Numbered from the stretch's first letter, positions 1 to 10,280 are shown. The stretch is DNA of 64,000 nucleotides from Syntrophaceae bacterium UBA6252 (GCA_002441265.1 DJVQ01000022.1:24290-88289), one strand, 5' to 3'. Notes: generated from the sequence alone by a model not told the origin. Made by a program: numbers and translations.

Positions 1-85
1 CCCTCAGCGAGCCGCCGAAACGGCCGAACGGCGTCCTCACCGCGCTGACACAAACCAGATCGTCCTTGCTTTTCCTGAAACCCAT
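1..85 (-). CDS. acetyl-CoA acetyltransferase (thiolase), N-terminal fragment running off the window
   Basis: The reverse strand from the ATG at 85 reads MGFRKSKDDLVCVSAVRTPFGRFGGSLR. This matches the thiolase N-terminal pattern (V..RTP.G.F.G.L). It lies directly downstream of hbd and crt on the same strand. Confidence 0.65.
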   Translation of the reverse strand, partial: MGFRKSKDDLVCVSAVRTPFGRFGGSLR

Positions 86-202
86 CCCTTCGACTCCTTT
101 CGTCTTGTCTCCGGCGCCGTTCCGATTTCCACAACGGGAAATCGCCGGTGTTCGGGAAGCGGAACGACACGAAACCTTCCCAAAGGCCTGCTTCGGCAAG
201 GG

Positions 203-1048
203 CTAATAGGTATAAAACCCCCGGCCGGTCTTTTGCCCGAGCAGGCCGGCCAACACCCGCCTTTTCAACAGGGGGTGCGGTTTATAGGCGTCGCCGAAAT
301 CGCGGGCCATCGTTTCCATTCCGTGCATGGCGATATCGGCGCCGGCGAGGTCCAGAAGCCGGCACGGCCCCATGGGATGCCCCAGGCACAGCGTGCAGAT
401 CTTGTCGATTTCCTCCGGTTTGTTTCCTTCCTGGATCAATTTCATGACCTCGTTGAACAGAACGTCGACGAGCCTGCTGGCGATGAAGCCCGCGTAGTCG
501 ACGGCCATGATGGGTTCCTTCCCCAATCTCCTTACGAATGCCACGGCGGTTTCCGCTGTGGCATCCGCCGTCAGTTCCCCGCGGATCACCTCGACGCCTT
601 TCATGAGCGGCACGGGATTCATGAAATGGATGCCGATGATTTTATCCCCGCGTCCGGTGACGCTGGCGATTTCCGTGATGGAAATCGTGGAGGTGTTCGT
701 GCCCAGGACGGCCTCCTTCCTGCACAGCCTGTCCAGCTTTCCGAATATGTCGTGCTTGAGGTCGAGGTTCTCGAACACGGCCTCGACCACGAGGTCCGCA
801 TCGGTGCAGGCGCTTTCCAGGGCGGTGGTAAACCGGATACGGCCCAGGGCGGCCTCCATTTCCGCTTCCGTCAGCTTCCCCTTGCCGGCCAGCCTGCCCA
901 GACTCTTCCTGATGGATGCCCCGGCCCTCTCAAGGGCGTCGCCGCTGACATCCTGCAATGTCACGTTATAACCCGCCGCAGCACTGACCTGAGCGATGCC
1001 GCTGCCCATGGCGCCGGCCCCGATGACCCCTATGCTGTTCAATTCCAT
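203..1048 (-). CDS. hbd: 3-hydroxybutyryl-CoA / 3-hydroxyacyl-CoA dehydrogenase
   Basis: From the internal Met the protein reads MELNSIGVIGAGAMGSGIAQV (Rossmann GxGxxG). The rest is typical Hbd sequence (FENLDLKHDIF, IGIHFMNP). The start was trimmed from the track ORF 203..1174. Confidence 0.9.
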   Translation of the reverse strand: MELNSIGVIGAGAMGSGIAQVSAAAGYNVTLQDVSGDALERAGASIRKSLGRLAGKGKLTEAEMEAALGRIRFTTALESACTDADLVVEAVFENLDLKHDIFGKLDRLCRKEAVLGTNTSTISITEIASVTGRGDKIIGIHFMNPVPLMKGVEVIRGELTADATAETAVAFVRRLGKEPIMAVDYAGFIASRLVDVLFNEVMKLIQEGNKPEEIDKICTLCLGHPMGPCRLLDLAGADIAMHGMETMARDFGDAYKPHPLLKRRVLAGLLGQKTGRGFYTY

Positions 1049-1073
1049 AAGCGTGACTCCCTTTCTTTCTCTT

Positions 1074-1862
1074 CTATCTGTCCTTGAATGCGGGTTTTCT
1101 CTTCTCGGCAAAAGCCAGCATCCCCTCGCGGTGGTCCTCCGTCCCGAAGCAGGCGGCGAAACAGCCGATCTCAAGCCGCAACGCCCTGTCCAGATCGAGA
1201 TTGAAGCCGTTGTTGAACGCCTCCTTGGCCAGGGCCAGGATGGGAAGGGACTTGCCGGCGATCACCGATGCCAGTTTCATCGCCTCTCCGATCAGTTCGG
1301 CCTGCGGCACAACCCTGTTCACCAGACCCCATTCATACGCGCGGGCGGCATCGATGATTTTTCCCGAGTAGACCAGCTCCTTGGCCCTGCCCAATCCGAT
1401 CAGCCTGGCCAGCCTCTGCGTGCCGCCGGCTCCCGGGATGAGCCCCAGATTGATTTCCGGTTGACCGAACTTTGCGTTGTCGGAGGCGATCCGTATATCG
1501 CATGCCATCGCCAGTTCACAGCCGCCTCCAAGAGCGAAACCGTTGATCGCCGCAATCACCGGTTTCTCGAATGTCTCGATTTTCTCCTGCGTGCGATTGG
1601 CCGCTCCGGCGAATTCCCTGGCTTCCAGAACCGAATACCGCCGCATCTCCGTGATGTCGGAACCGGCCGCAAACGCCCTGTCCCCCTCTCCGGTAAGCAC
1701 GACCGCCCGGACGCGATCGTCCCTGCCCATCTCTTCGAACACGCCGCCCAGTTCCATGAAGACTTTTCCGTTCAAGGCATTGAGCGCCTCCGGCCTGTTG
1801 ATCGCCACGAGCGCAACGCCTCCGTCGAAGCTGCACTTCAGGGTGTCGCAGGAATACTCCAT
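1074..1862 (-). CDS. crt: enoyl-CoA hydratase (crotonase family)
   Basis: From the internal Met at 1862 it reads MEYSCDTLKCSFDGGVALVAINRPEALNAL, then FAAGSDI and AAINGFALGGGCELAMACD. These are classic crotonase-fold motifs. Confidence 0.9.
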   Translation of the reverse strand: MEYSCDTLKCSFDGGVALVAINRPEALNALNGKVFMELGGVFEEMGRDDRVRAVVLTGEGDRAFAAGSDITEMRRYSVLEAREFAGAANRTQEKIETFEKPVIAAINGFALGGGCELAMACDIRIASDNAKFGQPEINLGLIPGAGGTQRLARLIGLGRAKELVYSGKIIDAARAYEWGLVNRVVPQAELIGEAMKLASVIAGKSLPILALAKEAFNNGFNLDLDRALRLEIGCFAACFGTEDHREGMLAFAEKRKPAFKDR

Positions 1863-2170
1863 CCTCTTGTTCTCCTCTTCCGGCACCGCGACAGACGTCC
1901 CGCCGTCCGCCGCAGCGATGCCGCTCCGATCCGCGCTTCCGTGCTTCCATTCATACGGCCGGAAGGCCGTGCGCATCGCCCGGAAGGCGCCGGACGACCT
2001 CCGACGATTACGGAGATGGCGGCGGTTTCTTGCGGCGGGCCCTCGTTTCTCCCGGGCCGCGGCATCGTTCCTTTCCGGTTCCGGCACGCCGGGACCGCCC
2101 ATCTTCGGAGCTAACCGGCGGATATCGCATCTATTCCCGCAGTGCAGTCACGGAGCGAACCCCGACACCG

Positions 2171-2197
2171 AAAAAAACACGTCCGCCCGCCGGCGGG
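2171..2197 (-). terminator. weak candidate intrinsic terminator after the liv-type operon
   Basis: On the minus strand a short GC palindrome (CCCGCCGGCGGG) is followed within about 7 nt by a T7 run. It lies about 130 nt downstream of the binding-protein stop codon. Confidence 0.3.
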
Positions 2198-2327
2198 AAA
2201 ACCGCGCCGCCCATCGGGCCGGTGCTTTCCGCCGTTCCCCCGGGGCATCCCGGAAGATCCTGCGATCCGGGACGCCCCGAGAGGTCCGTTGTCCGATGAT
2301 TGAAAGATACGGTCCGTTATCCCCGGG

Positions 2328-3542
2328 TCATTTCCCCATATTGCAACCCGTTTCCTCGCAGGGGACTTCCACGGACTCCGCAGTGGCCATACCGACATGC
2401 TTTATAAAAGCATGCTTGAAAAACTTGTTCTCCTTGACGACTTCCGAATACCAGTAAGGCACCTGGCCCTGATGATCGCAGGCCCGCATGGTCCACAAAC
2501 CGGCGGGTCCGTCATAGGTGAGGCCTTCCCAAGCCTTGATCACGGCGTCCACGTCCGTCGTGCCCGCCTTTTTGACCGCCTCGGCCCAGAACATGGTGGC
2601 CATGTAGGACTTGCCCCGCAGCCAGGTCGGATAATATCCCTTGTCCTTATGGAATTTTGCGATGAACTCCTCGTTCTTCTTCGTCGGGATGGCGAGATTG
2701 TAGATTTCCGTTCCCATGTTGCCGATCATGAGGCTGTCGTCGCCCAGCGCCTCGATCGACACCTCGTCGTTGATGAAGTAGGCGAGTATCTTCTGGTTCA
2801 TCCCCATGGGACGGCCCTGTTTGAGCAGCAGCGTCAGGTCGTTGCCCCAGTTCGGCGTAAAGATCACTTCCGGGGCCGCCGCGATGATCTTGCTGACATA
2901 GGGGGCGTAATCCTTGTTGCCCGCCGGATGATAGAGTTCAATCACGATCTGCGTGTCGGGGCTGAGCTGGGCGAGTTTCTTCTTGTAACCCGCCACGGCT
3001 TCCCGGCCCATGGAATAATCCTGGGCGATGATGGCGACCTTCTTGTAACCCATTTTCACGGTCAGCTGCGCCACCGCAAAGGAACGGCAGTCGGTGCTTC
3101 CGCCGGGCCGGAAGAAGTTCCTGCTGCAATCCTTGCCGGTCATGCTCGCGGAATCCGCGTCACAGGTATAGAAAATCAGGTTGTGTCTTTTCGCGAGTTC
3201 CTTCATGGCCATGCCCACGGTGCTTCCCGTACCGCCGTAAAAGAACTTCACGCCGTCCCTCAGAATCAGTTTGGTCGCCTTGCGCGTCGCCACGTCCGGG
3301 TTGAATTCCGAATCGACGGGGATCACTTCCACTTTCTTGCCGAGCAGTCCGCCGTTTTCATTGATCACCTGTGCGGCGTACACGGCACCCTCCAGGTAGC
3401 GCTCGCCGATATCCTTGAAGGTTCCCGACAGCGCCTGCACCGCCCCGAGCTTGATGGTGTCTTCGGCCTGCGCACAAACGGGCAGCACGAGTGTCAAGAC
3501 CATCAGGAAAACACCGATACTACGAACGCATTTTGCCCTCAT
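2328..3542 (-). CDS. ABC transporter substrate-binding protein, branched-chain amino acid (LivK/LivJ-like) family
   Basis: It has a signal peptide (MRAKCVRSIGVFLMVLTLVLPVCAQA) followed by a periplasmic binding protein type I fold (IKLGAVQALSG). An AAGGAGG RBS sits 7 nt upstream of the ATG at 3542. It is the last gene of the livHMGF operon. Confidence 0.85.
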   Translation of the reverse strand: MRAKCVRSIGVFLMVLTLVLPVCAQAEDTIKLGAVQALSGTFKDIGERYLEGAVYAAQVINENGGLLGKKVEVIPVDSEFNPDVATRKATKLILRDGVKFFYGGTGSTVGMAMKELAKRHNLIFYTCDADSASMTGKDCSRNFFRPGGSTDCRSFAVAQLTVKMGYKKVAIIAQDYSMGREAVAGYKKKLAQLSPDTQIVIELYHPAGNKDYAPYVSKIIAAAPEVIFTPNWGNDLTLLLKQGRPMGMNQKILAYFINDEVSIEALGDDSLMIGNMGTEIYNLAIPTKKNEEFIAKFHKDKGYYPTWLRGKSYMATMFWAEAVKKAGTTDVDAVIKAWEGLTYDGPAGLWTMRACDHQGQVPYWYSEVVKENKFFKHAFIKHVGMATAESVEVPCEETGCNMGK

Positions 3543-3620
3543 AAAAAAACCTCCTTTATTCATTTGTGATGCTTTTTTATTGAATTCCCCGCAACACGGC
3601 ATAGGGAATATGGCCTGCCC

Positions 3621-4331
3621 TCATACTTCAAGATACTTCCGCCTCACATCGTCCGCCGCCAGAAGGGCCTCCCGGTCGCCCGAAAATACGATCTGCCCCT
3701 TGCTCATGATGTAGAAACGGTCCGCCAGGTTGACGACCACCTTGAATTTCTGCTCCACGATCAGGACGCAGATGCCGGATTTTCTGATCGTCGCGAGCAT
3801 GTCCAGGACATCCTTGACGATCAGGGGCGCCAGACCCTCGGTCGGTTCGTCGACGAGAATGATGCGGGGGTCCCCCATGAGCGTTCTCGAGACCGTCAGC
3901 ATCTGCTGTTCGCCGCCGGAGAGATGGCCGCCCTTGTTGTTTCTCCTCTTGCCGAGACTCGGGAAGAGATCGTAGACCCGCTCGACGCTCCGGGCGTTTT
4001 CCACGGCGCTTTTCCCGTTTCCGCCCTTGATGCCCATCAGAAGGTTTTCGTGAACCGTAAGACTTCGGAAAATGCGCCGCTCCTCGGGGACGTAACCGAT
4101 GCCGAGCCGGGCGATCTGATAAGGCGCTTTTCCGACCACTTCCCCGCCGTCGAAACGAATGCTTCCCTGCTTCGGCTGAACGACCCCCATGATGCTCTTC
4201 AATGTCGTCGATTTGCCGACGCCGTTCCTTCCGAGGAGACAGACAAGCTCGTTTTCCTTCAGGTCCAGGGACACTCCGTGCAGGATGTGACTTCCACCGT
4301 AATAGCTGTGAATATCTCTGACTTCTAACAT
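3621..4331 (-). CDS. livF: branched-chain amino acid ABC transporter ATP-binding protein
   Basis: It begins MLEVRDIHSYYGGSHILHGVSL. Walker A is GRNGVGKST, the signature is LSGGEQQ, and Walker B is ILVDEP. The start overlaps the stop of livG. Confidence 0.9.
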   Translation of the reverse strand: MLEVRDIHSYYGGSHILHGVSLDLKENELVCLLGRNGVGKSTTLKSIMGVVQPKQGSIRFDGGEVVGKAPYQIARLGIGYVPEERRIFRSLTVHENLLMGIKGGNGKSAVENARSVERVYDLFPSLGKRRNNKGGHLSGGEQQMLTVSRTLMGDPRIILVDEPTEGLAPLIVKDVLDMLATIRKSGICVLIVEQKFKVVVNLADRFYIMSKGQIVFSGDREALLAADDVRRKYLEV

Positions 4332-5077
4332 GCCGCTTCTTCCCCCAGATAGGCGTCCTTGACACGCTGATTGCAACTGACTTTTTCGGGAGTATCGGAC
4401 ATCAGGATCGTGCCGTAATGGAGAACGGAAATGGTGTCGGCAAGCGAGAACACGACGTCCATGTCATGCTCGATGATGATCAGGGTGCGACCGGCCGTCA
4501 CCCGGGCGATCAGCTTGACCGCGCGCGCCGTTTCATCCCGGGTCATGCCCGCGGTGGGTTCGTCGAGGAGGATCAATTCAGGTTCCGTGGAAAGGGTGAC
4601 CCCGATTTCCAGCGCCCTCTGTTGTCCGTAGGAAAGGGAGCTGGCGGGTTGATGCTTCACGTCGGCAAGTCCCACTTCCTCGACGATGGCTTCGACTTTG
4701 TCCATGATGTCCCGATGACGTTCGGGCCTCTTGAAAAAATGATATCGGAGTTCATGCCGGGAGCGCACCCCGGAGAGAATGTTGTCAAAGACGCTCAGTT
4801 CCTGGAAGATGTTCGTAATCTGGAAGGAACGGGAAAGGCCGCGCCGGTTCAACACATAAGGCTGCGTCCCCGATATGTCCTTTCCCTTGAAAACGACGGC
4901 CCCGCAGGACGGCTTCAGCTTTCCGCTCATGATATTGAACAGGGTCGTCTTTCCCGCCCCGTTGGGACCGATGACGGCGTGACGTTCCTTCTCACGGACA
5001 TGAAAGCTTGCGCCCGTGAGAACCTTCAATCCCGAAAAATCCTTGTGAACGTCCCGGATATGAAAATAATCGCTCAT
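4325..5077 (-). CDS. livG: branched-chain amino acid ABC transporter ATP-binding protein
   Basis: Walker A is GPNGAGKTT, the signature is LSYGQQR, and Walker B is ILLDEPTAG. Its position follows livM. Confidence 0.9.
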   Translation of the reverse strand: MSDYFHIRDVHKDFSGLKVLTGASFHVREKERHAVIGPNGAGKTTLFNIMSGKLKPSCGAVVFKGKDISGTQPYVLNRRGLSRSFQITNIFQELSVFDNILSGVRSRHELRYHFFKRPERHRDIMDKVEAIVEEVGLADVKHQPASSLSYGQQRALEIGVTLSTEPELILLDEPTAGMTRDETARAVKLIARVTAGRTLIIIEHDMDVVFSLADTISVLHYGTILMSDTPEKVSCNQRVKDAYLGEEAAC

Positions 5078-6078
5078 GACCTCCCCTCCTCCGGAACGGC
5101 GTATTCGCCGCCGTTTCGAACTTGCTTTCCGAACAGCCGTCGCTGCACTTTCAACAGGAATTCAGACAGGCCGCCTGGAACGAACAGGACCATCAGGATA
5201 AAGATGATCCCCATGAAAAGCGCCCAGTGATCCGTGATCTCGCTCAGATAGTTCTGGAATATGATGTAGATGAAGACCCCCAGGATCGGTCCCCAGAATT
5301 TCTTCGTTCCCCCCACAAAGGTCATGAGCAGCACCACCGTCGTCATGTCGAGACTGACGGCCTTATGGGACACGAATTCGAAATGGAGCACGTAAAAGCT
5401 TCCGGCCAGTCCCGCCAAGGCGCCCGTAAATATGAAAAGGACGAGGCGGGCCGCATTCGTGTTGTACCCGAGGAACTGCATCCGTTCCTCGTTCTCGCGC
5501 ATCAGCACGATCGTTTTTCCCATGGCCGTATGGGTGAAATACCAGCAGAACACGATCGCCGCGCCGACGACGATCAGAACCAGGTAATAGAAATGCGCTA
5601 GGCTGGCCATGGAAACGGTAAAGATTCCCAGGTTGAGGTCGGGGCGCGTGAAGTTGAGTCCGTTGTCTCCCCCGGTGACGGCATACCACTTGATCGCTAT
5701 GGCATAGAAAAGGGCGCTGAATGCCAGCGTCAGCAGTGCGAAGTAGGATCCTTTGTGCCGCAGGAGCAGGCCGCCGATCACGACGCCGGCGACGATGCTC
5801 GGCACAAGGCCGATCAAAACCGTGTTCAAAATGGTAAGTCCGGGGATATGAATGATCGCCAGGGCCGTCGCAAAGCCCGACAGGCCGAAGAACAGGGCAT
5901 GACCGAAGGACAGAAGCCCCGCGTAGCCGAGGAGGAGATTGTAACTCACCGCGAAAAGGGAGAAAATGACGATTTCCGTCATCATGTACAGATGATATTG
6001 TTTGAGGACGAGGGGCATGAGGGCCCCCGCCAGAAGCAGCACACCGATGACCGCGTAGCTGATGTTTTTCTGTCTCAT
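5074..6078 (-). CDS. livM: branched-chain amino acid ABC transporter permease
   Basis: It is a polytopic membrane protein of the LivM type. Its start and stop overlap the neighbouring genes. Confidence 0.85.
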   Translation of the reverse strand: MRQKNISYAVIGVLLLAGALMPLVLKQYHLYMMTEIVIFSLFAVSYNLLLGYAGLLSFGHALFFGLSGFATALAIIHIPGLTILNTVLIGLVPSIVAGVVIGGLLLRHKGSYFALLTLAFSALFYAIAIKWYAVTGGDNGLNFTRPDLNLGIFTVSMASLAHFYYLVLIVVGAAIVFCWYFTHTAMGKTIVLMRENEERMQFLGYNTNAARLVLFIFTGALAGLAGSFYVLHFEFVSHKAVSLDMTTVVLLMTFVGGTKKFWGPILGVFIYIIFQNYLSEITDHWALFMGIIFILMVLFVPGGLSEFLLKVQRRLFGKQVRNGGEYAVPEEGRS

Positions 6079-6941
6079 AACGGCTCCTCACCAAACAGAC
6101 CGGACGGTTTGACGATCAGAATGGAAACCATGAGCAGGTAGACGAGGACCATCGACAACTGCGGAATCAGCAGAACGCCGAAGGACTGGAGCTGACCGAT
6201 GATCAACGAGGCCAGCACGGCCCCGCCCAGGCTTCCGAACCCGCCGACGACGATCACCACAAAGGCGTCGATGAGAATCTCGTTCGCCATGCCCGGGAAC
6301 ACGGAGAGAAGCGGACCGGCGATGACGCCGGCAAATCCCGAAAGCGCCGTGCCGACGGCGAACACGCCGGTGAACACGAGAGGGACATTGATCCCCAGGC
6401 TGCTGACCATCTCGCTGTCGTTGACGGTGGCCCGGATGATGATTCCCAGACGGGTCTTGTAGAGGATCAGGGCCATGGCGACTCCGACGAACACGGCACA
6501 GAAGAAAATGAATATCCGGTAAACGGGATAGGTGATTCCGATGATCTTGACGGTGCTGTTCAGAAATCCGCTGACATTCACGGCCAGGGGATAATTCCCC
6601 CAGTACCACTGAACCAGTTCCGTGACGATATAGGCCAGTCCGAAGGTCATGAGGAGTTCGTGGACATGGCCCAGCTTGTGGACGGGCCTCAGCAGAAAGC
6701 GCTCGATCAGCGCCCCGATGACCAGTAGAATCAGGGGACATATGAGTATGGACAGCCATAGCTGCCCGGAGAAATGCAGCATGACGGAATAGGAAAAGTA
6801 AGCGCCCAGCATGTACATGGCCGCGTGGGCAAAATTGAGAACGTTCATCATTCCGAATATGAGCGTGAGTCCCGCCGAAACCAGAAAAAGGAGTCCCGCG
6901 TAGACAAGCCCGTGAAGAAAAAAGATTGCGACTTCGTGCAT
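6075..6941 (-). CDS. livH: branched-chain amino acid ABC transporter permease
   Basis: It is a polytopic membrane protein of the LivH type (GMMNVLNFAHAAMYMLGAY). It is the first gene of the operon. Confidence 0.85.
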   Translation of the reverse strand: MHEVAIFFLHGLVYAGLLFLVSAGLTLIFGMMNVLNFAHAAMYMLGAYFSYSVMLHFSGQLWLSILICPLILLVIGALIERFLLRPVHKLGHVHELLMTFGLAYIVTELVQWYWGNYPLAVNVSGFLNSTVKIIGITYPVYRIFIFFCAVFVGVAMALILYKTRLGIIIRATVNDSEMVSSLGINVPLVFTGVFAVGTALSGFAGVIAGPLLSVFPGMANEILIDAFVVIVVGGFGSLGGAVLASLIIGQLQSFGVLLIPQLSMVLVYLLMVSILIVKPSGLFGEEPL

Positions 6942-6987
6942 GTGCTTACCCCTCTATTTCGTTCTTTTTTCTTATACCGAATGGCAA

Positions 6988-7677
6988 TCAGCCAGTTACG
7001 GACGTGCTTTTCTTCCTGAGGCTGTGCGCTTCGGATTTCAGTTTCCTCCATTTTTCCTCGTCAACCCTCAGCCCGTGCATAATGAACTCGATGAGGGTCT
7101 GGGCGAAATCCTCGAAGCAGTAACGGTCACGAAAGTTCCAGCCGCGCAGGCCCTCGATGACCAGGAGGAACTGGACGATGTTCGCCGCCATGACGGGATC
7201 TTCGACCCTGAAACTGCCGCTCTGAATGCCGCGCCTTATCAAGGTCTCGAATATTTTCACGAACTCGCTTTCCCTCTCCAGAACCGATTGAAGCGAGTCC
7301 TTGGCAAGGTGGCGGCTTTCCGTGTACATCGTCTTCACTTCACGCTGTAATTCATGGATGGCTTCGACGATCGTGAATACGGCCTTCTGCATGACCACGA
7401 GGGCGTCCTCGTCTTCCGAAGACTGGATCATTTCATAGATGTGCTCGTACTTGCTGGAAACATACTCGTAGAAGAGATACAAGATGTCGTCCTTGGTCGT
7501 GATATATTGATACAGGTAAGAAAGATCGATATTGGATTCCCGGGCGATGTCCCGCATGGAAGCCTTATGAAATCCTTTTTTGAGAAACAGTTCGCTCGCC
7601 GCTTCGATAATCTGCTTGTGCTTCGCTTCAACGAGTTCCTTGTTTGCGATCTTGGCTATAATTTTCTTTCTTGCCAT
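6988..7677 (-). CDS. TetR/AcrR family transcriptional regulator
   Basis: From the Met at 7677 it reads MARKKIIAKIANKELVEAKHKQIIEAASELFLKKGFHKASMRDIARESNIDLSYLYQYI. This is a typical TetR N-terminal HTH. Confidence 0.85.
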   Translation of the reverse strand: MARKKIIAKIANKELVEAKHKQIIEAASELFLKKGFHKASMRDIARESNIDLSYLYQYITTKDDILYLFYEYVSSKYEHIYEMIQSSEDEDALVVMQKAVFTIVEAIHELQREVKTMYTESRHLAKDSLQSVLERESEFVKIFETLIRRGIQSGSFRVEDPVMAANIVQFLLVIEGLRGWNFRDRYCFEDFAQTLIEFIMHGLRVDEEKWRKLKSEAHSLRKKSTSVTG

Positions 7678-7952
7678 CTTTGCTTCCCATACCTCCTCAG
7701 GCAGTGTGTATTTTCCCCGCTGCCGCCGAAACTGCCGTGATCGAGCGCGTTTCAGCCGCCGGCATCCTTCATTGACATCGGAAAACGCTCCCGGTCGTCC
7801 TGGAACGCCGAAGCACCTTTCGCAGTGCTTTCCGGACAATCCTTCCGGGAAGAAACCGCCGGACGCACGACGACGCCGCGGTCCAACAAGTCATGAATTC
7901 CATGTCCGAAAGGAACGTCCGTTCAAAAAAACCGGTATCTGTCATTCGAGGG

Positions 7953-7978
7953 ATACATAACAAACACTTGTTGTGTAT
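7953..7978. promoter_or_regulatory. imperfect palindrome, candidate TetR-type operator
   Basis: The sequence ATACATAACAA-ACAC-TTGTTGTGTAT has 11-nt arms with one mismatch. It lies in the divergent region between the tetR-like gene and the first GT2 gene. Confidence 0.25.
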
Positions 7979-8080
7979 TTTGTCAAGATCTTTTTTTTCG
8001 TGGCAACGTTGCTCCCGCCCGGAAGCGCGTCCGGTCGCCTTCGGACATTGAATCCTGTTTTCACGGAAAGCGATGTCTGA

Positions 8081-8098
8081 TATACAAACCGATGTATA
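8081..8098. promoter_or_regulatory. short palindrome, candidate operator
   Basis: The sequence is TATACA-AACCGA-TGTATA. It shares the TGTAT/ATACA half-site with the palindrome at 7953..7978. Confidence 0.2.
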
Positions 8099-8300
8099 AA
8101 CCCGCCGGTGCCGCCCGGCGCTTTCAAGGAGGGCCGTCGCCGGGGGATGAGGCCCGAAAGGCGCACCCAGCAAGACCGTTACACCGGTTTTTTATAAAAT
8201 GACGTACAATTTTCAGTCTACTGAAAGTGGTTCCATGTCATCGCCGCCCGCTTGCCGCCGTCAAAACCGAAAGCGCGCCGACCGCCACCGGAGCGGCGGA

Positions 8301-9218
8301 ATGACACCTGCCGGGGAACCCCCGATAACCGTCGTCGTATGTACCTACAACAGATCCGATCTATTGAAATCGTGCCTTGACGCGCTCGTCGACCAAAAGA
8401 CGGATGCGCATTCGTTCGAAGTCGTCATCGTCGACAACCGTTCCGTCGATGACACGCAGGAGGTGATCAGGAAATACACGTCGGGGAATCCCGTTTTCAG
8501 GGCGGTCATCGAGATGAACCAGGGGATCAGCCATGCCCGGAACCGGGGATTCCGGGAGGCCCGTGGCGAATATGTCGCCTATCTCGACGACGACGCGATC
8601 GCGGACGGGCGATGGATTGCCGTCATGCTCGATTTCATCCGGCGGCATCCGGAGGCGGCCGCCTTCGGAGGTCCCTGCTACGACTACGTCGACGGAGGAT
8701 TTCCCGAATGGGTTCCCCCGGAATTTCGGAAGTTCGAACTGGACGCTTCCGGGGGGCCGGACCGTCCCATCCAACCGCCCGGGGAAATGTTCGGGGGATG
8801 CAACATGGTGGTGAGGAAGGAACTCCTCCAGGAATTAGGCGGTTTCGATACCTTTGTGGGTCATCACGGCAACAAAGCGAGCTACGGCGAAGACACCGAG
8901 ATGCTGATGAGGATTCATCTGAAAGGGCACGAGATCTTCTACGCCCGCGACATGAAGGTGAAACACTTCATTCCGCGGCACAAACTGCACATGAGACAGC
9001 TTCTTCGGTCCGATTATCTGAAGGGAAGAAGCATCGATCACGCATTGCACAGAAAAGTGGGAAGACTCCGGCATGCCTTCAGGCTGATCGGAAGTTTTTT
9101 CCTGGGTGTCGCACTGTTCTTCAAGCCGGCGTCCATGCCCTTCAAGAGGAGGGTTTACTACGGATGCAGATACTGGGTGTATCAGACGGGAGCCTTCGTC
9201 TCGGCATGGGAAAAGTGA
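8301..9218 (+). CDS. glycosyltransferase family 2
   Basis: Motifs are ITVVVCTYNRSDLL, VVIVDNRSVDDT and YVAYLDDD (DxD). The start is uncertain: the track ORF begins at 8199, and the ATG at 8301 has a GGAG upstream. Confidence 0.8.
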   Translation: MTPAGEPPITVVVCTYNRSDLLKSCLDALVDQKTDAHSFEVVIVDNRSVDDTQEVIRKYTSGNPVFRAVIEMNQGISHARNRGFREARGEYVAYLDDDAIADGRWIAVMLDFIRRHPEAAAFGGPCYDYVDGGFPEWVPPEFRKFELDASGGPDRPIQPPGEMFGGCNMVVRKELLQELGGFDTFVGHHGNKASYGEDTEMLMRIHLKGHEIFYARDMKVKHFIPRHKLHMRQLLRSDYLKGRSIDHALHRKVGRLRHAFRLIGSFFLGVALFFKPASMPFKRRVYYGCRYWVYQTGAFVSAWEK

Positions 9219-9260
9219 ATCCGCCGGCCGCCGGCCCTTTTCGGATTTCTTCTTCGGCTT

Positions 9261-10196
9261 ATGACCTTTTCAGTAGTCATCCCGTTGTTTAATCAAGCGG
9301 GCACGGTCGTCCGGGCCATACGATCCGTGCTCGGCCAGACGTTCGGGGATTACGAGATCATCGTCGTCAACGACGGTTCGGAAGACGACGGGCCCGCCCG
9401 GGTGAAGGCGCTCGACGATCCGAGGATTCGTCTGATTCACCAGGAGAACCGGGGCGTATCGGCCGCAAGAAACAGGGGGATCGGTGAAGCCGGATCCGAC
9501 CTGATCGCGTTTCTCGATGCGGACGACCTGTGGCTTCCCACCTATCTCGAAACGGTTCACGGGCTTGCGACGCGATTTCCCGGATGCGGACTTTATGCGA
9601 CCCGTTACTTCTACAGGAGCCCGGAAGGCCGGGAATACGCCGCCGTCCTGCGCGGCATTCCGGAGGATTTCGAAGGCATACTGGATCATTACTTCGAGAC
9701 CGCGGCCCGCTCCCATCCGCCGGTCTGGACCGGGGCCGCCTGTGCAAGAAAAAAGGCATTGAACCGGATAGGAGGTTTTCCCGCGGGCGTGGCATCGGGA
9801 GAGGACCTGCTCACATGGGCGAGACTTTCGTTCCATTTCCAGGTGGCCTATTCCATGAAACCCCTTGCGGTGTACCACCTCGACAATGCCGCAAGCTACC
9901 GGGACAAACCGGGCCGGGTCCCCGACGCGCCCGATTACGTGGGCGGGGAACTGAGACGATTGTTCCACGAAAGCACGCCGCCCCTCCGGAATTCGCTTGG
10001 CCTGTACTGCGCCCAGTGGCACAAGATGCGCTGCTCATGCTACCTGCGGCTCGGGATGCAGCGCGACGCCCGCCGCGAGATCAGGGCGGCGGGGCGCTAC
10101 GATTTCGATTTTCCGCTTCTCGCTTACCTGCTGGTGAGCCTTCTCCCCGAAGGGGCGATCAGAAAGATATTCAGACTTGTCATGTCGTTCAGGTAA
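9261..10196 (+). CDS. glycosyltransferase family 2
   Basis: Motifs are FSVVIPLFNQAGTV, IIVVNDGSEDD, NRGVSAARNRG and IAFLDADD. Confidence 0.85.
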   Translation: MTFSVVIPLFNQAGTVVRAIRSVLGQTFGDYEIIVVNDGSEDDGPARVKALDDPRIRLIHQENRGVSAARNRGIGEAGSDLIAFLDADDLWLPTYLETVHGLATRFPGCGLYATRYFYRSPEGREYAAVLRGIPEDFEGILDHYFETAARSHPPVWTGAACARKKALNRIGGFPAGVASGEDLLTWARLSFHFQVAYSMKPLAVYHLDNAASYRDKPGRVPDAPDYVGGELRRLFHESTPPLRNSLGLYCAQWHKMRCSCYLRLGMQRDARREIRAAGRYDFDFPLLAYLLVSLLPEGAIRKIFRLVMSFR

Positions 10197-10280
10197 GGAC
10201 GAGGAGGGGTGTCGTGCCCTCCCGAAAGGAGGGCTTTTCGCAGGCAGGCCCTGCAACGTGAGGGACGGCCGTCGTTCTGT

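Noticed and set aside
8003-8016. TGGCAACGTTGCTC in the tetR/GT2 intergenic region, as a possible sigma-54 site
   Set aside because: The spacing is GG-N7-GC, so it is not compatible with a -24/-12 promoter.
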